A DNA stretch of 64,000 nucleotides from Dehalococcoidia bacterium (GTDB lineage: Bacteria; Chloroflexota; Dehalococcoidia; UBA6926), in contig CAXXET010000001.1 of the NCBI GenBank assembly GCA_963666115.2, forward strand, positions 32,001-96,000. The letters are read 5' to 3'. The position numbers and the translations under genes are program-made. The notes under the pieces were generated by a model, which ran no database searches, was not told the DNA's origin, and saw only the letters and a program-made list of their open reading frames with translations. Of this stretch, positions 31,083 through 40,392 are shown one piece after another (the stretch's first letter is position 1; every line of letters starts with the position of its first letter).

Positions 31083-33137
31083 CTAGGACTCTCCGCTGCC
31101 GTCGATGATCTTTTGGGCCAGGTGCTGCGGCACCTCCTCGTAGTGGGAGAAGCGCATGGTGTATGAGGCTCGGCCCTGTGTCATCGAGCGGAGCTCCGTC
31201 GAATAGCGGAGCACCTCAGCCATTGGGGCCTCGGCCTGCACCGTCGTCACCTCATTCTCCGTCGTCATGCCCTGCACGTGGGCGCGCTTGGAGTTGAGGT
31301 TGCCGATCACGTCGCCGGTGAAGTCGTCCGGCGTGACCACTTCGAGAGTCATGACCGGCTCGAGGAGGACCGGCTGCGCCTGCTGGATGCCCTGCTTGAG
31401 GGCAGTGGACGCCGCGATCTTGAACGCCATTTCAGATGAGTCGACGGAGTGGAAGCTGCCGTCAACGAGGACGGCGCGCACGTCCACGATGGGGAAGTGG
31501 GCCACCGCGCCCTCCGGCAGGGTGTCGCGGATGCCTTTCTCCACGGCAGGAATGAAATTCTTTGGCACCGCGCCGCCGACGACCTTCTCGCCGAATTCAA
31601 AACCCTCGCCGCGGCTCAGCGGCTCCAGTTGCAGCACGACGTGGCCGTACTGCCCGTGGCCGCCGGTCTGCTTCTTGTGCTTGTACTCGGCGCGCGTTGA
31701 GATGCGGATCGTCTCGCGGTAGGGCACCTTGGGCGTGCCGGTCTCCACTTCCACGCCGAACTTGCGCGCCAGCTTGTGAACGGCAACATCGATGTGTGAA
31801 TCGCCAAGGCCGGACACGATGACCTCATGCGTATCGCTCTCGCGGGTCATCGTGAGGCTTGGGTCCTCTTCAAGCAGCCGGGCAAGCGCCGGCCCCATCT
31901 TGTCCTGGTCGGCCTTGGTCCTGGCCTCGACGGCCACACTGAAGATCGGCTCCGGGAATTGGATGGCCGGCAGGGCAATGCCGGCCTCACGCGTTGAGAG
32001 GGTATCGCCGGTGCGGGACACTCCGAGCTTGGCGACCGCGCCGATGTCTCCCGGCGCGAGGCTGTCTACGTTGGCGTGCTCCTTGCCGATGGGGACGATG
32101 ACCTGCGCGACGCGCTCCTGCTGCTTCTGCGCCGTGTTCCATGCCTGGCTGTTGGTGTTCATCACGCCGGACTGCACGCGGAAGTATGAGAGCTTGCCGA
32201 CGAACGGGTCTGCCGTGGTCTTGAAGATGAGGGCGGCGAGCGCGCCATCCGCGTCCGTGTTGATGACCGCCTCTTCGCCGGAGGCCGTCTGGGCGGAGGG
32301 GGCCTCCACGTCTGCGGGGCCCGGCGTCAGATTGGCCAGGACGTTCAGGAGAGCATCCGTGCCTGCGCCGGCCTGCCCCGATGCGGCCAGCACGGGGAAT
32401 ACTTGGGAGGACGTGATGCCGGCGCGGAGCGCGGCCATCAATTCGTCATCCGAGATGTCCTCACCCTCCAGGTACTTGGTGGCGAGATCGTCATCCGCCT
32501 CCGCGGCGGCCTCGATGACCTGCTCCCGATAGGAATCGACGTCCACGCCCATGTCGTCCGTTACGTCCGATTCCGTGCCGTCCTCCAAGTACGCCTTTCC
32601 GTTCAGCACGTCGACAACGCCCCGGAACGAATCGCCCGCGCCGATGGGGACGAGGACGGGAGCGCAGCCGTTGCCGTAGCGACTGCGGGCTGTCGCGAAC
32701 ACGGTGTCATAGTCGGCATTTTCGCGGTCCATCTTGCCGAGCACCAGCAGGCGGGCGAGACCGCGTTCCGCCGCCCTCTTCCACGCCGCATCCGTGCCGA
32801 CCTGCGGGCCGGTAGAGGCATCGACGGCGATGACGGCCGAATCGGCCACGAGCAGGCCGCTCAGCATCTCACCGAGGAAATCCATGTACCCCGGCGTATC
32901 GAGGATATTGAGCTTCTTTCCGTTCCATTCGACAGGGAGAACGGAGAGGTTGACGGAGCCGCCGCGCCGCTCCTCTTCAGGTTCAAAGTCGGAGGCCGTG
33001 GTGCCGTCCTCGATCTTCCCCATTCGGCTCAGCGCGCCTGAGCGGAACAGCAGGCGCTCTGCGAGCGTTGTCTTGCCGTCTCCGTTGTGCCCCAGCAGCA
33101 CGATATTGCGAATGTCGGATGTCGAGTAGTTCTGCAT
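31083..33137 (-). CDS. fusA: Elongation factor G paralogue (EF-G2 type, outside the str operon)
   Basis: GHNGDGKTT, DTPGYMDF, PYRETI, KQTGGHGQY, HSVDSSEMAF and LRSMTQG. Confidence 0.9.
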   Translation of the reverse strand: MQNYSTSDIRNIVLLGHNGDGKTTLAERLLFRSGALSRMGKIEDGTTASDFEPEEERRGGSVNLSVLPVEWNGKKLNILDTPGYMDFLGEMLSGLLVADSAVIAVDASTGPQVGTDAAWKRAAERGLARLLVLGKMDRENADYDTVFATARSRYGNGCAPVLVPIGAGDSFRGVVDVLNGKAYLEDGTESDVTDDMGVDVDSYREQVIEAAAEADDDLATKYLEGEDISDDELMAALRAGITSSQVFPVLAASGQAGAGTDALLNVLANLTPGPADVEAPSAQTASGEEAVINTDADGALAALIFKTTADPFVGKLSYFRVQSGVMNTNSQAWNTAQKQQERVAQVIVPIGKEHANVDSLAPGDIGAVAKLGVSRTGDTLSTREAGIALPAIQFPEPIFSVAVEARTKADQDKMGPALARLLEEDPSLTMTRESDTHEVIVSGLGDSHIDVAVHKLARKFGVEVETGTPKVPYRETIRISTRAEYKHKKQTGGHGQYGHVVLQLEPLSRGEGFEFGEKVVGGAVPKNFIPAVEKGIRDTLPEGAVAHFPIVDVRAVLVDGSFHSVDSSEMAFKIAASTALKQGIQQAQPVLLEPVMTLEVVTPDDFTGDVIGNLNSKRAHVQGMTTENEVTTVQAEAPMAEVLRYSTELRSMTQGRASYTMRFSHYEEVPQHLAQKIIDGSGES

Positions 33138-33220
33138 TCCTCTCCCCCAACTGCCGGTTCGCCCCGGCGGCGACCGTGTGATTTATCGCACTATTCTACG
33201 GCAGGGGGCGCGGCGTCTCA

Positions 33221-34480
33221 ATGCGCCGCGCCTATACTGGCCTCATGGGTTTCGTCCGCGCGCTGCCCCTCCGGCTTGCAATTCTCGCCGCAGCAGTTCT
33301 TGGGGCGCTCATGGCGCTGCCGGGGTGTGTCGCGCCCGCCGGCGACATCATTGCCGGGGTTCGGGCGTCCGCCGCGCATGACAGTTTCAACATCGCGGTG
33401 TGGGAGCTTCGCCATGCCCCTGACATCGTCGCGGCGCTGAATACGCCTCTTGAGAGCCCCGGGGTCATCGATGAGTATTTCGAGACGACCGCGCGGCTCC
33501 GCGAAGCGGCGGGCAGGGCAGCGTGGCTGCTTGCAAACCGGGCACCGGATGACGCCGAACTGCTTGAGTCGTTGGACGAAGAGGAGGCAATCGAGCAGGA
33601 ACTGGCGGGGATCCGGCCGCGGGCGACACTGGCGCTGCGCGGGCTGGCGATGGGCGCGCTACGGGAGGCCGGGTTGCTCACAGACCCGCCCGTTCTGGGT
33701 GAGATTGTCTTCCCGCCGGTGTCGTTCGTGATGGAGGAACTCCCGAAGGCGCTGGTCGTGTCGCCGCGCGACCGGATTGAACTCATGGAATCGCTGCCGT
33801 TGAGGCCGGACATATCGACAGAGGAAATACTGCGGCTTGAAGAGGCGCTGACGAATAGGGGCCTCTCGGCCATCGTTGCGAACATCGGCGGCATGGGGAC
33901 GTACCCGGCGCTGGTCAAGTCGACGTCCACGCGCGATTTCACCGTGCGGACGATCCTGCATGAGTGGGTTCACCACTATCTCTTTTTCCACCCGCTGGGG
34001 CAACGGTATTCCGCAAGCGGCGACATGACGACCATCAATGAGACGGTCGCGAACATGGTGGCGGCGGAGACAGCGGCAATCGCGCTGGACCAGCCGCCGC
34101 CCGTCTTCCGCGTGCCGGAGCCGCCGTCATCGGCGCAGCGCGCCCCCGGCGTATTCGACTTTGGGACGTATATGAGGGAGACGAGGATGGAGGCGGAGCG
34201 GCTATTGGCGGAGGGACGCATCGATGAGGCGGAGGCGTACATGGAAGCGCGGCGCGTCCAGTTGAATGAGACGCATGGGTATGGGATTCGAAAGATCAAC
34301 CAGGCGTACTTCGCGTTTCACGGGAGCTACGCGGACTCGCCGGCGGGCGGCTCCGTGAGTCCGATCTATGGGCAACTGATAGAGGTGCGGAATGAGGCGG
34401 GGTCCGTGGCCGAGTTTCTGCGGACGGTGAGAGAGATTAGCCGCCCGGAGGATTTGGAGAGGCTAGCGGGAGCGGGGTAG
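33221..34480 (+). CDS. Exported hypothetical protein with an HExxH zinc-peptidase-like motif
   Basis: N-terminal hydrophobic segment ending LPGC; TILHEWVHH followed by INETVA. Confidence 0.6.
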   Translation: MRRAYTGLMGFVRALPLRLAILAAAVLGALMALPGCVAPAGDIIAGVRASAAHDSFNIAVWELRHAPDIVAALNTPLESPGVIDEYFETTARLREAAGRAAWLLANRAPDDAELLESLDEEEAIEQELAGIRPRATLALRGLAMGALREAGLLTDPPVLGEIVFPPVSFVMEELPKALVVSPRDRIELMESLPLRPDISTEEILRLEEALTNRGLSAIVANIGGMGTYPALVKSTSTRDFTVRTILHEWVHHYLFFHPLGQRYSASGDMTTINETVANMVAAETAAIALDQPPPVFRVPEPPSSAQRAPGVFDFGTYMRETRMEAERLLAEGRIDEAEAYMEARRVQLNETHGYGIRKINQAYFAFHGSYADSPAGGSVSPIYGQLIEVRNEAGSVAEFLRTVREISRPEDLERLAGAG

Positions 34481-34493
34481 GGGCGGCGCCGCA

Positions 34494-34775
34494 CTACCCC
34501 TTGTCCACGAGGCGGCCGTTGAGGTACTTGTGGATGACGCTTGAAAGGAGTGTCTGGTAGGGAATGCCCTCTTCCCTGGCCATCAGGTGGGCAAGCTTAT
34601 AGTCCCGCTCCGTGAACCGCAGATTCACCCGCTTGGTCTTGTTGAAGGTGTTGCGCGCCGCCATAACGGCCACGTTGATTTCCTCTTCAACGTTGGGGAC
34701 GGAACGCAGTTGATTCTGCTCAAACGCGTCCAGAATCTCCTGCTCTTCCTGATCCATGTCCGCCTTGTAGACCAT
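34494..34775 (-). CDS. Type II antitoxin, CopG/RHH-like
   Basis: EEQEILDAFE...RVNLR...AREEGIPYQTLLSSVIHKY; directly downstream of the toxin. Confidence 0.8.
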   Translation of the reverse strand: MVYKADMDQEEQEILDAFEQNQLRSVPNVEEEINVAVMAARNTFNKTKRVNLRFTERDYKLAHLMAREEGIPYQTLLSSVIHKYLNGRLVDKG

Positions 34776-34779
34776 GATG

Positions 34780-35058
34780 TCACCTCCTGCCGTATCTTTT
34801 CATTGCCTTCTGGTTCGGGATGATCGTCTTCAAGAAGCGGCTGCCGTCCTGCCGTGGGACAAACGGCACCAGGTGCAGGTAGTCATTGATGTCCACGACG
34901 TAAACCATCTGGCCGGGGTAACGCTCCTTATTCGGATGCTCCACAACGTCCACCAAGCCTCCCTGTTCAATCGCGGACACGACCCTCTCAAAGGACACGT
35001 CCCGCTCTCTAATCAGTTGCTCGTTCTTCTCCGCACTCCACTCAAACTCGATTGCCAT
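34780..35058 (-). CDS. BrnT-like type II toxin
   Basis: FEWSAEKNEQL..ER.VSFE, HPN..RYPGQ and FLKTIIP; ATG at 35058. Confidence 0.8.
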   Translation of the reverse strand: MAIEFEWSAEKNEQLIRERDVSFERVVSAIEQGGLVDVVEHPNKERYPGQMVYVVDINDYLHLVPFVPRQDGSRFLKTIIPNQKAMKRYGRR

Positions 35059-35110
35059 GCGCCAATTGTAGCACAATGTGTGCGCTTTGTGTGCCATTGT
35101 GGCACACAAG

Positions 35111-35145
35111 AAAAAAAGCCCCCGGGGAGTGTTCTCCCCGAGGGC
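35111..35145 (-). terminator. Intrinsic terminator after the cupredoxin gene
   Basis: Minus strand GCCCTCGGGGAG-loop-CTCCCCGGGGGC followed by T7. Confidence 0.8.
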
Positions 35146-35172
35146 CTATTCGCTGCTGATGCGAGGTTCGGC

Positions 35173-35667
35173 CTACGTAACGGTGAACTCGCTCCACATG
35201 CCGAGCTGGTAGTGGGTGGCCACGTTGCAGAGGAGCATGTACTCGCCCGCTTCAAGGGTCAGGGTAAGCTCATCCTCCCCGCCTGCAGGGAGATCGGCTT
35301 CAAGCAGGCTGCCAAGAACCGTGCCGACACCATCGACCATGTTGCCGCTCTCGGAGATCAGACCGCCCTCAGTGGGCAGATCGGTAAGGTCTGCGGCCAT
35401 TCCGGCGTCATTGAGTTTGACAACCTTGAACTCATGCGCGATCAGGCCCACGTTCGAGATGTCAAACGTCACCGAGCCGGCGGCAATCGACGTGGGACTG
35501 GGAACCATGGTGTACGTCCCGCCCTGGTCGTCCATTGAGATTGCGACTGTGCTGCTGCTGCCGCTCGAACTGCTCCCGCTATCGCTAGTGCCACCGCCAC
35601 AGGCGATCACTCCGAGCGAGCCGACGATGAATAGAAGTCCAACAAGGTAAACAAGAGACCTGCGCAT
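35173..35667 (-). CDS. Blue-copper cupredoxin lipoprotein (sulfocyanin/auracyanin-like)
   Basis: Lipobox VIAC, Ser/Gly linker, and type-1 Cu ligands H(EF)...CNVATHYQLGM. Confidence 0.85.
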   Translation of the reverse strand: MRRSLVYLVGLLFIVGSLGVIACGGGTSDSGSSSSGSSSTVAISMDDQGGTYTMVPSPTSIAAGSVTFDISNVGLIAHEFKVVKLNDAGMAADLTDLPTEGGLISESGNMVDGVGTVLGSLLEADLPAGGEDELTLTLEAGEYMLLCNVATHYQLGMWSEFTVT

Positions 35668-35794
35668 GTCTTACGGAATCCCCCTTTTTTGCACGTATCA
35701 ACGACCTGTTAAATGTATCACATTTGGATGCGGGCGGGGGGCGGCTGAACGCGATTGGCTGCTTTATCGGGGGGCGGGCATGGCGTAGGATGGG

Positions 35795-36694
35795 TTGATG
35801 CTGATCAACCAGCCGGTTTCAGGTTCGGCACTGCGGGCAAGCGGCCTTGCTTACTGGGAGCTGCTCAAACCGCGCGTCACGATTCTCCTGACGTTCCTGG
35901 GGGCTGCCGCCGCCGTCATCGCGTCGGGAGCCGACCCGGCCCAATCGGGCAGGGTAGCACTGATCACGCTTGCGGTGTTCCTCGGGAGCGGCGGTTCCAA
36001 CGGGCTGACCAATTATCTCGATCGGGCACTGGACGCGCGTATGCACCGGACACGAGGGCGCAGCATTCCGAGCGGCCGCATCGTTCCGGCGGAACGCGGC
36101 TTGTACTGGTCGGCGGGCTGGGTGATCGCAGGCGTCACGCTGGCGTTCCTGGTGCACCCGCTCGCGGCGCTGGCCGGGGTGACGGGCACACTGGCTGCCG
36201 TTTCGTTCCGCAAGACGGAGGCAACGCACTTCCTGGGCGGGGTGTCAAGCGCGTCTCCGGTGGCAGCGGGATGGTTGGCAATGGACCCCACTTTTGGGCC
36301 GGTCATCGGGCTGTTGTGCGTGTTCGTGGGAGTATGGGTGATCCATCACGTGTGGGCAATCATGCTGTTCTACCGGGCCGATTACCTGCAGGCGGGCGTG
36401 GGTATCTTTCCGCTTCGGTCAGCGTGGAAGAGCGCGCGGCCACTGTTCCTCTCTCTGGCCGCGCTACTGGTCGTTTTGGTGGCGGCCATGGGATTCGCGG
36501 CGGAGCAGGGGCCGGTCTACTGGGTGATAGCGGGCGCGTTCGCGCTCTACAACATCTGGGGCACGCTGCAACTGGAGCGGGCGTCCCTGAGTCCTGCCGT
36601 TCAACGCCGCCGGTTCAAGACGGCATCCTACAGCTTGCTGTGCGGCGTGTTCACCGCCTTGCTGATCACGACGGCTCTCAGCGCCGTTCAGTGA
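35795..36694 (+). CDS. ctaB: Protoheme IX farnesyltransferase (UbiA family)
   Basis: ELLKPRV, NYLDRALDARMHRTRGRSIPSG and YRADY..AG; polytopic membrane protein. Confidence 0.85.
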   Translation: MMLINQPVSGSALRASGLAYWELLKPRVTILLTFLGAAAAVIASGADPAQSGRVALITLAVFLGSGGSNGLTNYLDRALDARMHRTRGRSIPSGRIVPAERGLYWSAGWVIAGVTLAFLVHPLAALAGVTGTLAAVSFRKTEATHFLGGVSSASPVAAGWLAMDPTFGPVIGLLCVFVGVWVIHHVWAIMLFYRADYLQAGVGIFPLRSAWKSARPLFLSLAALLVVLVAAMGFAAEQGPVYWVIAGAFALYNIWGTLQLERASLSPAVQRRRFKTASYSLLCGVFTALLITTALSAVQ

Positions 36695-36725
36695 GGCAGG
36701 CCTGGCCAGTGATCCACCTCAACGC

Positions 36726-37961
36726 ATGACGACTGCCGTTCCGTATTTTCGTGTGACGACCCCGGCAGGCGGCGCCGCGACGGGCCCGCGCGCCGGCGTC
36801 CTGATCACGCCGCACGGAGAAATCCGGACTCCCGCGTTTCTCCCGGTTGCCACGCAAGGCAGCGTCAAGGCGTTGTCTCCGTCTGACGTTTCGACGCTGG
36901 GCGGGCAGGTTGTCATTTGCAACGCCTATCATCTTGCGTTAAGGCCGGGTGTAGACCTCATCGAGCTGGCCGGGGGGCTGCACGGATTCATGGGGTGGGA
37001 TCGTCCCATCGCGACGGATTCCGGCGGGTTTCAAATGACGTCGCTGGCGCATCGACTGCGAATCTCGGATGAAGCGGTCACGTTTCTTTCCCACATCGAC
37101 GGCGCCCAGTTCCACCTGTCGCCCGAATCCGCCGTCACACTCCAGGAGAGGCTTGGCGCAGACATGATCATGTGCCTCGATCAGCCACTGCTCTATGGAA
37201 CGGAGCGCGACGGGGTAGAGCGGGCGATGGCGCGGACGCACCTCTGGGCGCAGCGTTCGGCGCGCGCTCACCGCCCAGAGGCGGGGCTGCTGTACGGCAT
37301 TGCACAGGGCGGAATGGAGGCCGACCTGCGGGCGGAGTCGTCACGGTTTATCGCGGCGCTTGACGGCGCGCAGGGAATAGCAATTGGCGGCCTGAGTCTC
37401 GGCGAGCCGAAAGACGTGATGTGGGAGATGGTGGACGTGTCGATGCCGCTGCTGCCGCCTCACAAACCTCGCCACCTGCTGGGTGTTGGGTCGCCGGAAG
37501 ACATCGTGGAGGGAGTGGCTCGGGGCATTGACACATTCGATTGCGCTCTGCCGACGCGTGTCGCGCGCAACGGGGCCTTCTACACGCCGCAGGGACGGGT
37601 GGACATTCTCAACGCGCGCTACACGCGGGAGTTAGGGCCGGTGATGGAGGGGTGCGACTGCGCGGCGTGCGCGACACATTCCGCCGCCTATCTCCAGCAC
37701 CTGTTCAAGGCGAAGGAACTGCTGGCGTACCGGCTGGCGAGCATTCACAACCTGCGTTTCATCCACCGGCTGCTCGACGACGCGCGCGCCGCGATTGCGG
37801 CGGGTTCATACGAGAGCTTTCGCCGGGAGTTTCATGCGGCGTACACGCCGAGCGACGCAGCGGCGCGGGAGGAACAGCGCGGCCTGTGGCTGCGGGCGCA
37901 GCAGGCGCGGGAACAGGGGGATATGCCCGGAGAGTGGGAGCCGGATTCGGGGCTGGATTAG
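36726..37961 (+). CDS. tgt: tRNA-guanine transglycosylase
   Basis: TPAFLPVATQG, NAYHL..RPG, TDSGGFQ, GGLSLGE, and a CDC..C...H zinc site. Confidence 0.95.
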   Translation: MTTAVPYFRVTTPAGGAATGPRAGVLITPHGEIRTPAFLPVATQGSVKALSPSDVSTLGGQVVICNAYHLALRPGVDLIELAGGLHGFMGWDRPIATDSGGFQMTSLAHRLRISDEAVTFLSHIDGAQFHLSPESAVTLQERLGADMIMCLDQPLLYGTERDGVERAMARTHLWAQRSARAHRPEAGLLYGIAQGGMEADLRAESSRFIAALDGAQGIAIGGLSLGEPKDVMWEMVDVSMPLLPPHKPRHLLGVGSPEDIVEGVARGIDTFDCALPTRVARNGAFYTPQGRVDILNARYTRELGPVMEGCDCAACATHSAAYLQHLFKAKELLAYRLASIHNLRFIHRLLDDARAAIAAGSYESFRREFHAAYTPSDAAAREEQRGLWLRAQQAREQGDMPGEWEPDSGLD

Positions 37962-38233
37962 CCGCCGGCGACGGCGGGGACGATGCTGACCTCGTCGCCC
38001 TCCTTGAGGGGAGTTTCAAGGCCGCTGAGGAACCGCACGTCCTCGCCGTTCACATAGATGTTCACGAAGCGGTGGAGTTCGCCCTCGTCGTTGAAGAGGC
38101 GTTCCTTGATGCCCGGGAAGCGCTCATTGAGGATCGCGAGTGCGCCATCCAGCCGATCACTCCCGGCTTCAATCTCATCAACGCCATCCGTCACGCGCCT
38201 CAAGGGCGTGGGAATCTTGACTGTGACCGACAT
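37958..38233 (-). CDS. MoaD/ThiS-family ubiquitin-like sulfur carrier
   Basis: IPTPLR, FVNIYVNGEDVRF and C-terminal PAVAGG. Confidence 0.9.
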   Translation of the reverse strand: MSVTVKIPTPLRRVTDGVDEIEAGSDRLDGALAILNERFPGIKERLFNDEGELHRFVNIYVNGEDVRFLSGLETPLKEGDEVSIVPAVAGG

Positions 38234-38313
38234 AGAGGCTGAACTCCTTTTTCCTGTGCGTTCTATTTGAGCGGTTCTGTCTAACTATAGCGGAATGGGT
38301 GGGCGGTTGGCAG

Positions 38314-38556
38314 TTAGCCTTCTATGACGTCTCCGGGGACGGGGTCGACGCGGACGCCCTTTGACTTGACCCACTCGATGCCGCGGTCGATTTCCGTCTG
38401 TTCGCCATCGAGTTCAAGCACAACCCAGCCCTGGTCTTCCTCCACGTTGGCGCGTCGGATGTTGGTAACGACCTCATATTCGCGGCCCAGCGACCAGATA
38501 ATAGGCTCCTGGATGAGTTCTGACGCGAACGTGAATCGGACACGAGCCCTGGCCAT
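38314..38556 (-). CDS. Stand-alone NIL domain protein
   Basis: EPIIWSLG...TNIRRANV...GWVVLELDG...GVRVD. Confidence 0.8.
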   Translation of the reverse strand: MARARVRFTFASELIQEPIIWSLGREYEVVTNIRRANVEEDQGWVVLELDGEQTEIDRGIEWVKSKGVRVDPVPGDVIEG

Positions 38557-38612
38557 TGCTACCCCCATTTTCCGTGTTGTTCCGGTTTGGCGCCGAAGAC
38601 TGTACGGCGCGG

Positions 38613-39842
38613 TCAGGCGTCCTCGGCCTTGATGGCGTCCTCAAAGTCGCGCAGCGAGGCATTGATGTTGACGGTCTGCGCCACGTCCTGCACGGCCTCC
38701 TGCGTCTTGAGTCCGTTGCCCGTGATGTACGCGACCGTGACCTCATCCTTGCCGATGATGCCCTTTGCGGCGAGTTTGCGAAGGACGCCGACCGTGACGC
38801 CGCCTGCCGTCTCGGCAAAGATGCCCTCCGTTTGGGCGAGCAGCTTCATTGAATCAACGATCTCAGCATCTGTGACGGCATGGCCGGTGCCTCCGCTGTC
38901 CTCGATCACCTTGAGCGCATAGTAGCCGTCGGCAGGATTGCCGATGGCAAGCGACTTGGCGATGGTTTCCGGTCGGACGGGGCGGATGTCCTTGATGCCA
39001 GCGTCGTAGGCGGAGATGATGGGCGAGGAGCCCTCTGCCTGGGCGACGTGCATCTTCGTTTTGGGCCTGCTGATGATGCCGATGTCGTGAAGCTCGTTGA
39101 AGCCCTTCCAGATCTTGGTGAACATGGAGCCGGACGCGGCGGGAACGATGGCGTGGTCCGGCGCGCGCCAGCCAAGCTGCTCCGCGGCCTCATAGCCAAG
39201 CGTCTTGGAACCCTCGGAATAATAGGGGCGGACGTTGATGTTGACGAAGGCCCAGCCGTAGCGGTCCGCGATCTCCGAGCACAGCCGGTTCACGTCGTCG
39301 TAGCTGCCGTTGACGGCGACGAGGGTAGGGCCGTAGATGGCCGCGCCCACGACCTTGCCCAGTTCAAGATCGGCGGGGATGAAGACGTAACACCTGATGC
39401 CGGCGCGCGCGGCATGAGCGGCAACAGAGCCTGCCAGGTTGCCGGTGGAGGCGCAGGCAAGCGTGTCAAAGCCGAAATCACGCGCGGCAGTGGCGGCGAC
39501 CGAAACAACACGGTCTTTGAAAGAGTAGGTCGGGTTGACGCAGTCGTTCTTGAGATACAGCTCGTTCAGGCCGAGCGCCTTGCCGAGCCTGTCTGCCTTG
39601 ACGAGCGGCGTGAGGCCGGCGTTGATGTCGACGCGGTTCTCGGGATCGGCAGGCAGGAGTTCGGCGTACCGCCACATGGAGGGCGGGCCGTTCTTGATGG
39701 ACTCGCGGGACATGACGCGGGCGATGGCGTCGTAGTCGTACTGAACCTCGAGCGGCCCGAAACAGAAATCGCAAACGTTGACCGGCAGGAGTTCGGTCTC
39801 GCGTGAACACTCCTTGCAGCGGAGGGCAGTGGCGTAGGTCAT
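38613..39842 (-). CDS. thrC: Threonine synthase family PLP enzyme
   Basis: N-terminal CxxC...CxxC, NPTYSFKDR, ASTGN, EGSKT and TGNGLK. Confidence 0.88.
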   Translation of the reverse strand: MTYATALRCKECSRETELLPVNVCDFCFGPLEVQYDYDAIARVMSRESIKNGPPSMWRYAELLPADPENRVDINAGLTPLVKADRLGKALGLNELYLKNDCVNPTYSFKDRVVSVAATAARDFGFDTLACASTGNLAGSVAAHAARAGIRCYVFIPADLELGKVVGAAIYGPTLVAVNGSYDDVNRLCSEIADRYGWAFVNINVRPYYSEGSKTLGYEAAEQLGWRAPDHAIVPAASGSMFTKIWKGFNELHDIGIISRPKTKMHVAQAEGSSPIISAYDAGIKDIRPVRPETIAKSLAIGNPADGYYALKVIEDSGGTGHAVTDAEIVDSMKLLAQTEGIFAETAGGVTVGVLRKLAAKGIIGKDEVTVAYITGNGLKTQEAVQDVAQTVNINASLRDFEDAIKAEDA

Positions 39843-40297
39843 TAGGGCTGCAATCCATTCTGCCCTGACGGGGCGTTCGGGGACGCAATCAGTTGTCCGG
39901 CATATGGATCGGCAGCCAACATCAATCCTTCAAGCGCGTGACAGCCGAGCAGCGGTTCGGCGCCAACATCCCCGAAGACGGCCCAGGTGTGCGTTGTTCT
40001 GCCCTCAGCCGTGAGCAGCAGTTCACCAACGTCGTAGCGCTCAATGCGGCCATCCGCAAACTCAAAGACTGATTGATGTCTGCGCGTGACGCCAAGTCGT
40101 TCAAGCACATCGGCGGGAATCAGGGAGATGCTGGCTCCGGTGTCCACGGTTGCAGACAGACTCACGGATGAATCGTCCACGAAGCTGTGGAGTGTAACGT
40201 TAGCGCTAAACATTCCCATGCGGCGTTCCTCACGGGTCATTGCCCGGCGAACGGGGATACCGACTGCGCGCAGATATTTGGCTGATGCTGTCATCAT
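39842..40297 (-). CDS. Clan AA retropepsin-like aspartyl protease
   Basis: VDTGAS active-site motif, ADGR and PLLG.HALE; stop overlaps the thrC ATG (TAATG). Alternative start at 40219. Confidence 0.8.
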   Translation of the reverse strand: MMTASAKYLRAVGIPVRRAMTREERRMGMFSANVTLHSFVDDSSVSLSATVDTGASISLIPADVLERLGVTRRHQSVFEFADGRIERYDVGELLLTAEGRTTHTWAVFGDVGAEPLLGCHALEGLMLAADPYAGQLIASPNAPSGQNGLQP

Positions 40298-40325
40298 GGC
40301 GTCCCCTCAGTCCATTGTAGCAACA

Positions 40326-40368
40326 GAAAGGCGGGGCGGCGCGCTTGGCGCGCCGCCCCGCCCGTTTC
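40326..40368. terminator. GC-rich hairpin downstream of the enoyl-CoA hydratase gene
   Basis: GGCGGGGCGGCGCGC-TTG-GCGCGCCGCCCCGCC with short U tracts on either strand. Confidence 0.55.
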
Positions 40369-40392
40369 CTCGTCGTGATGGTGAGAGGAGTC

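Noticed and set aside
34494-35058. BrnT-like TA pair as a novel system
   Set aside because: A common small type II module with standard layout.
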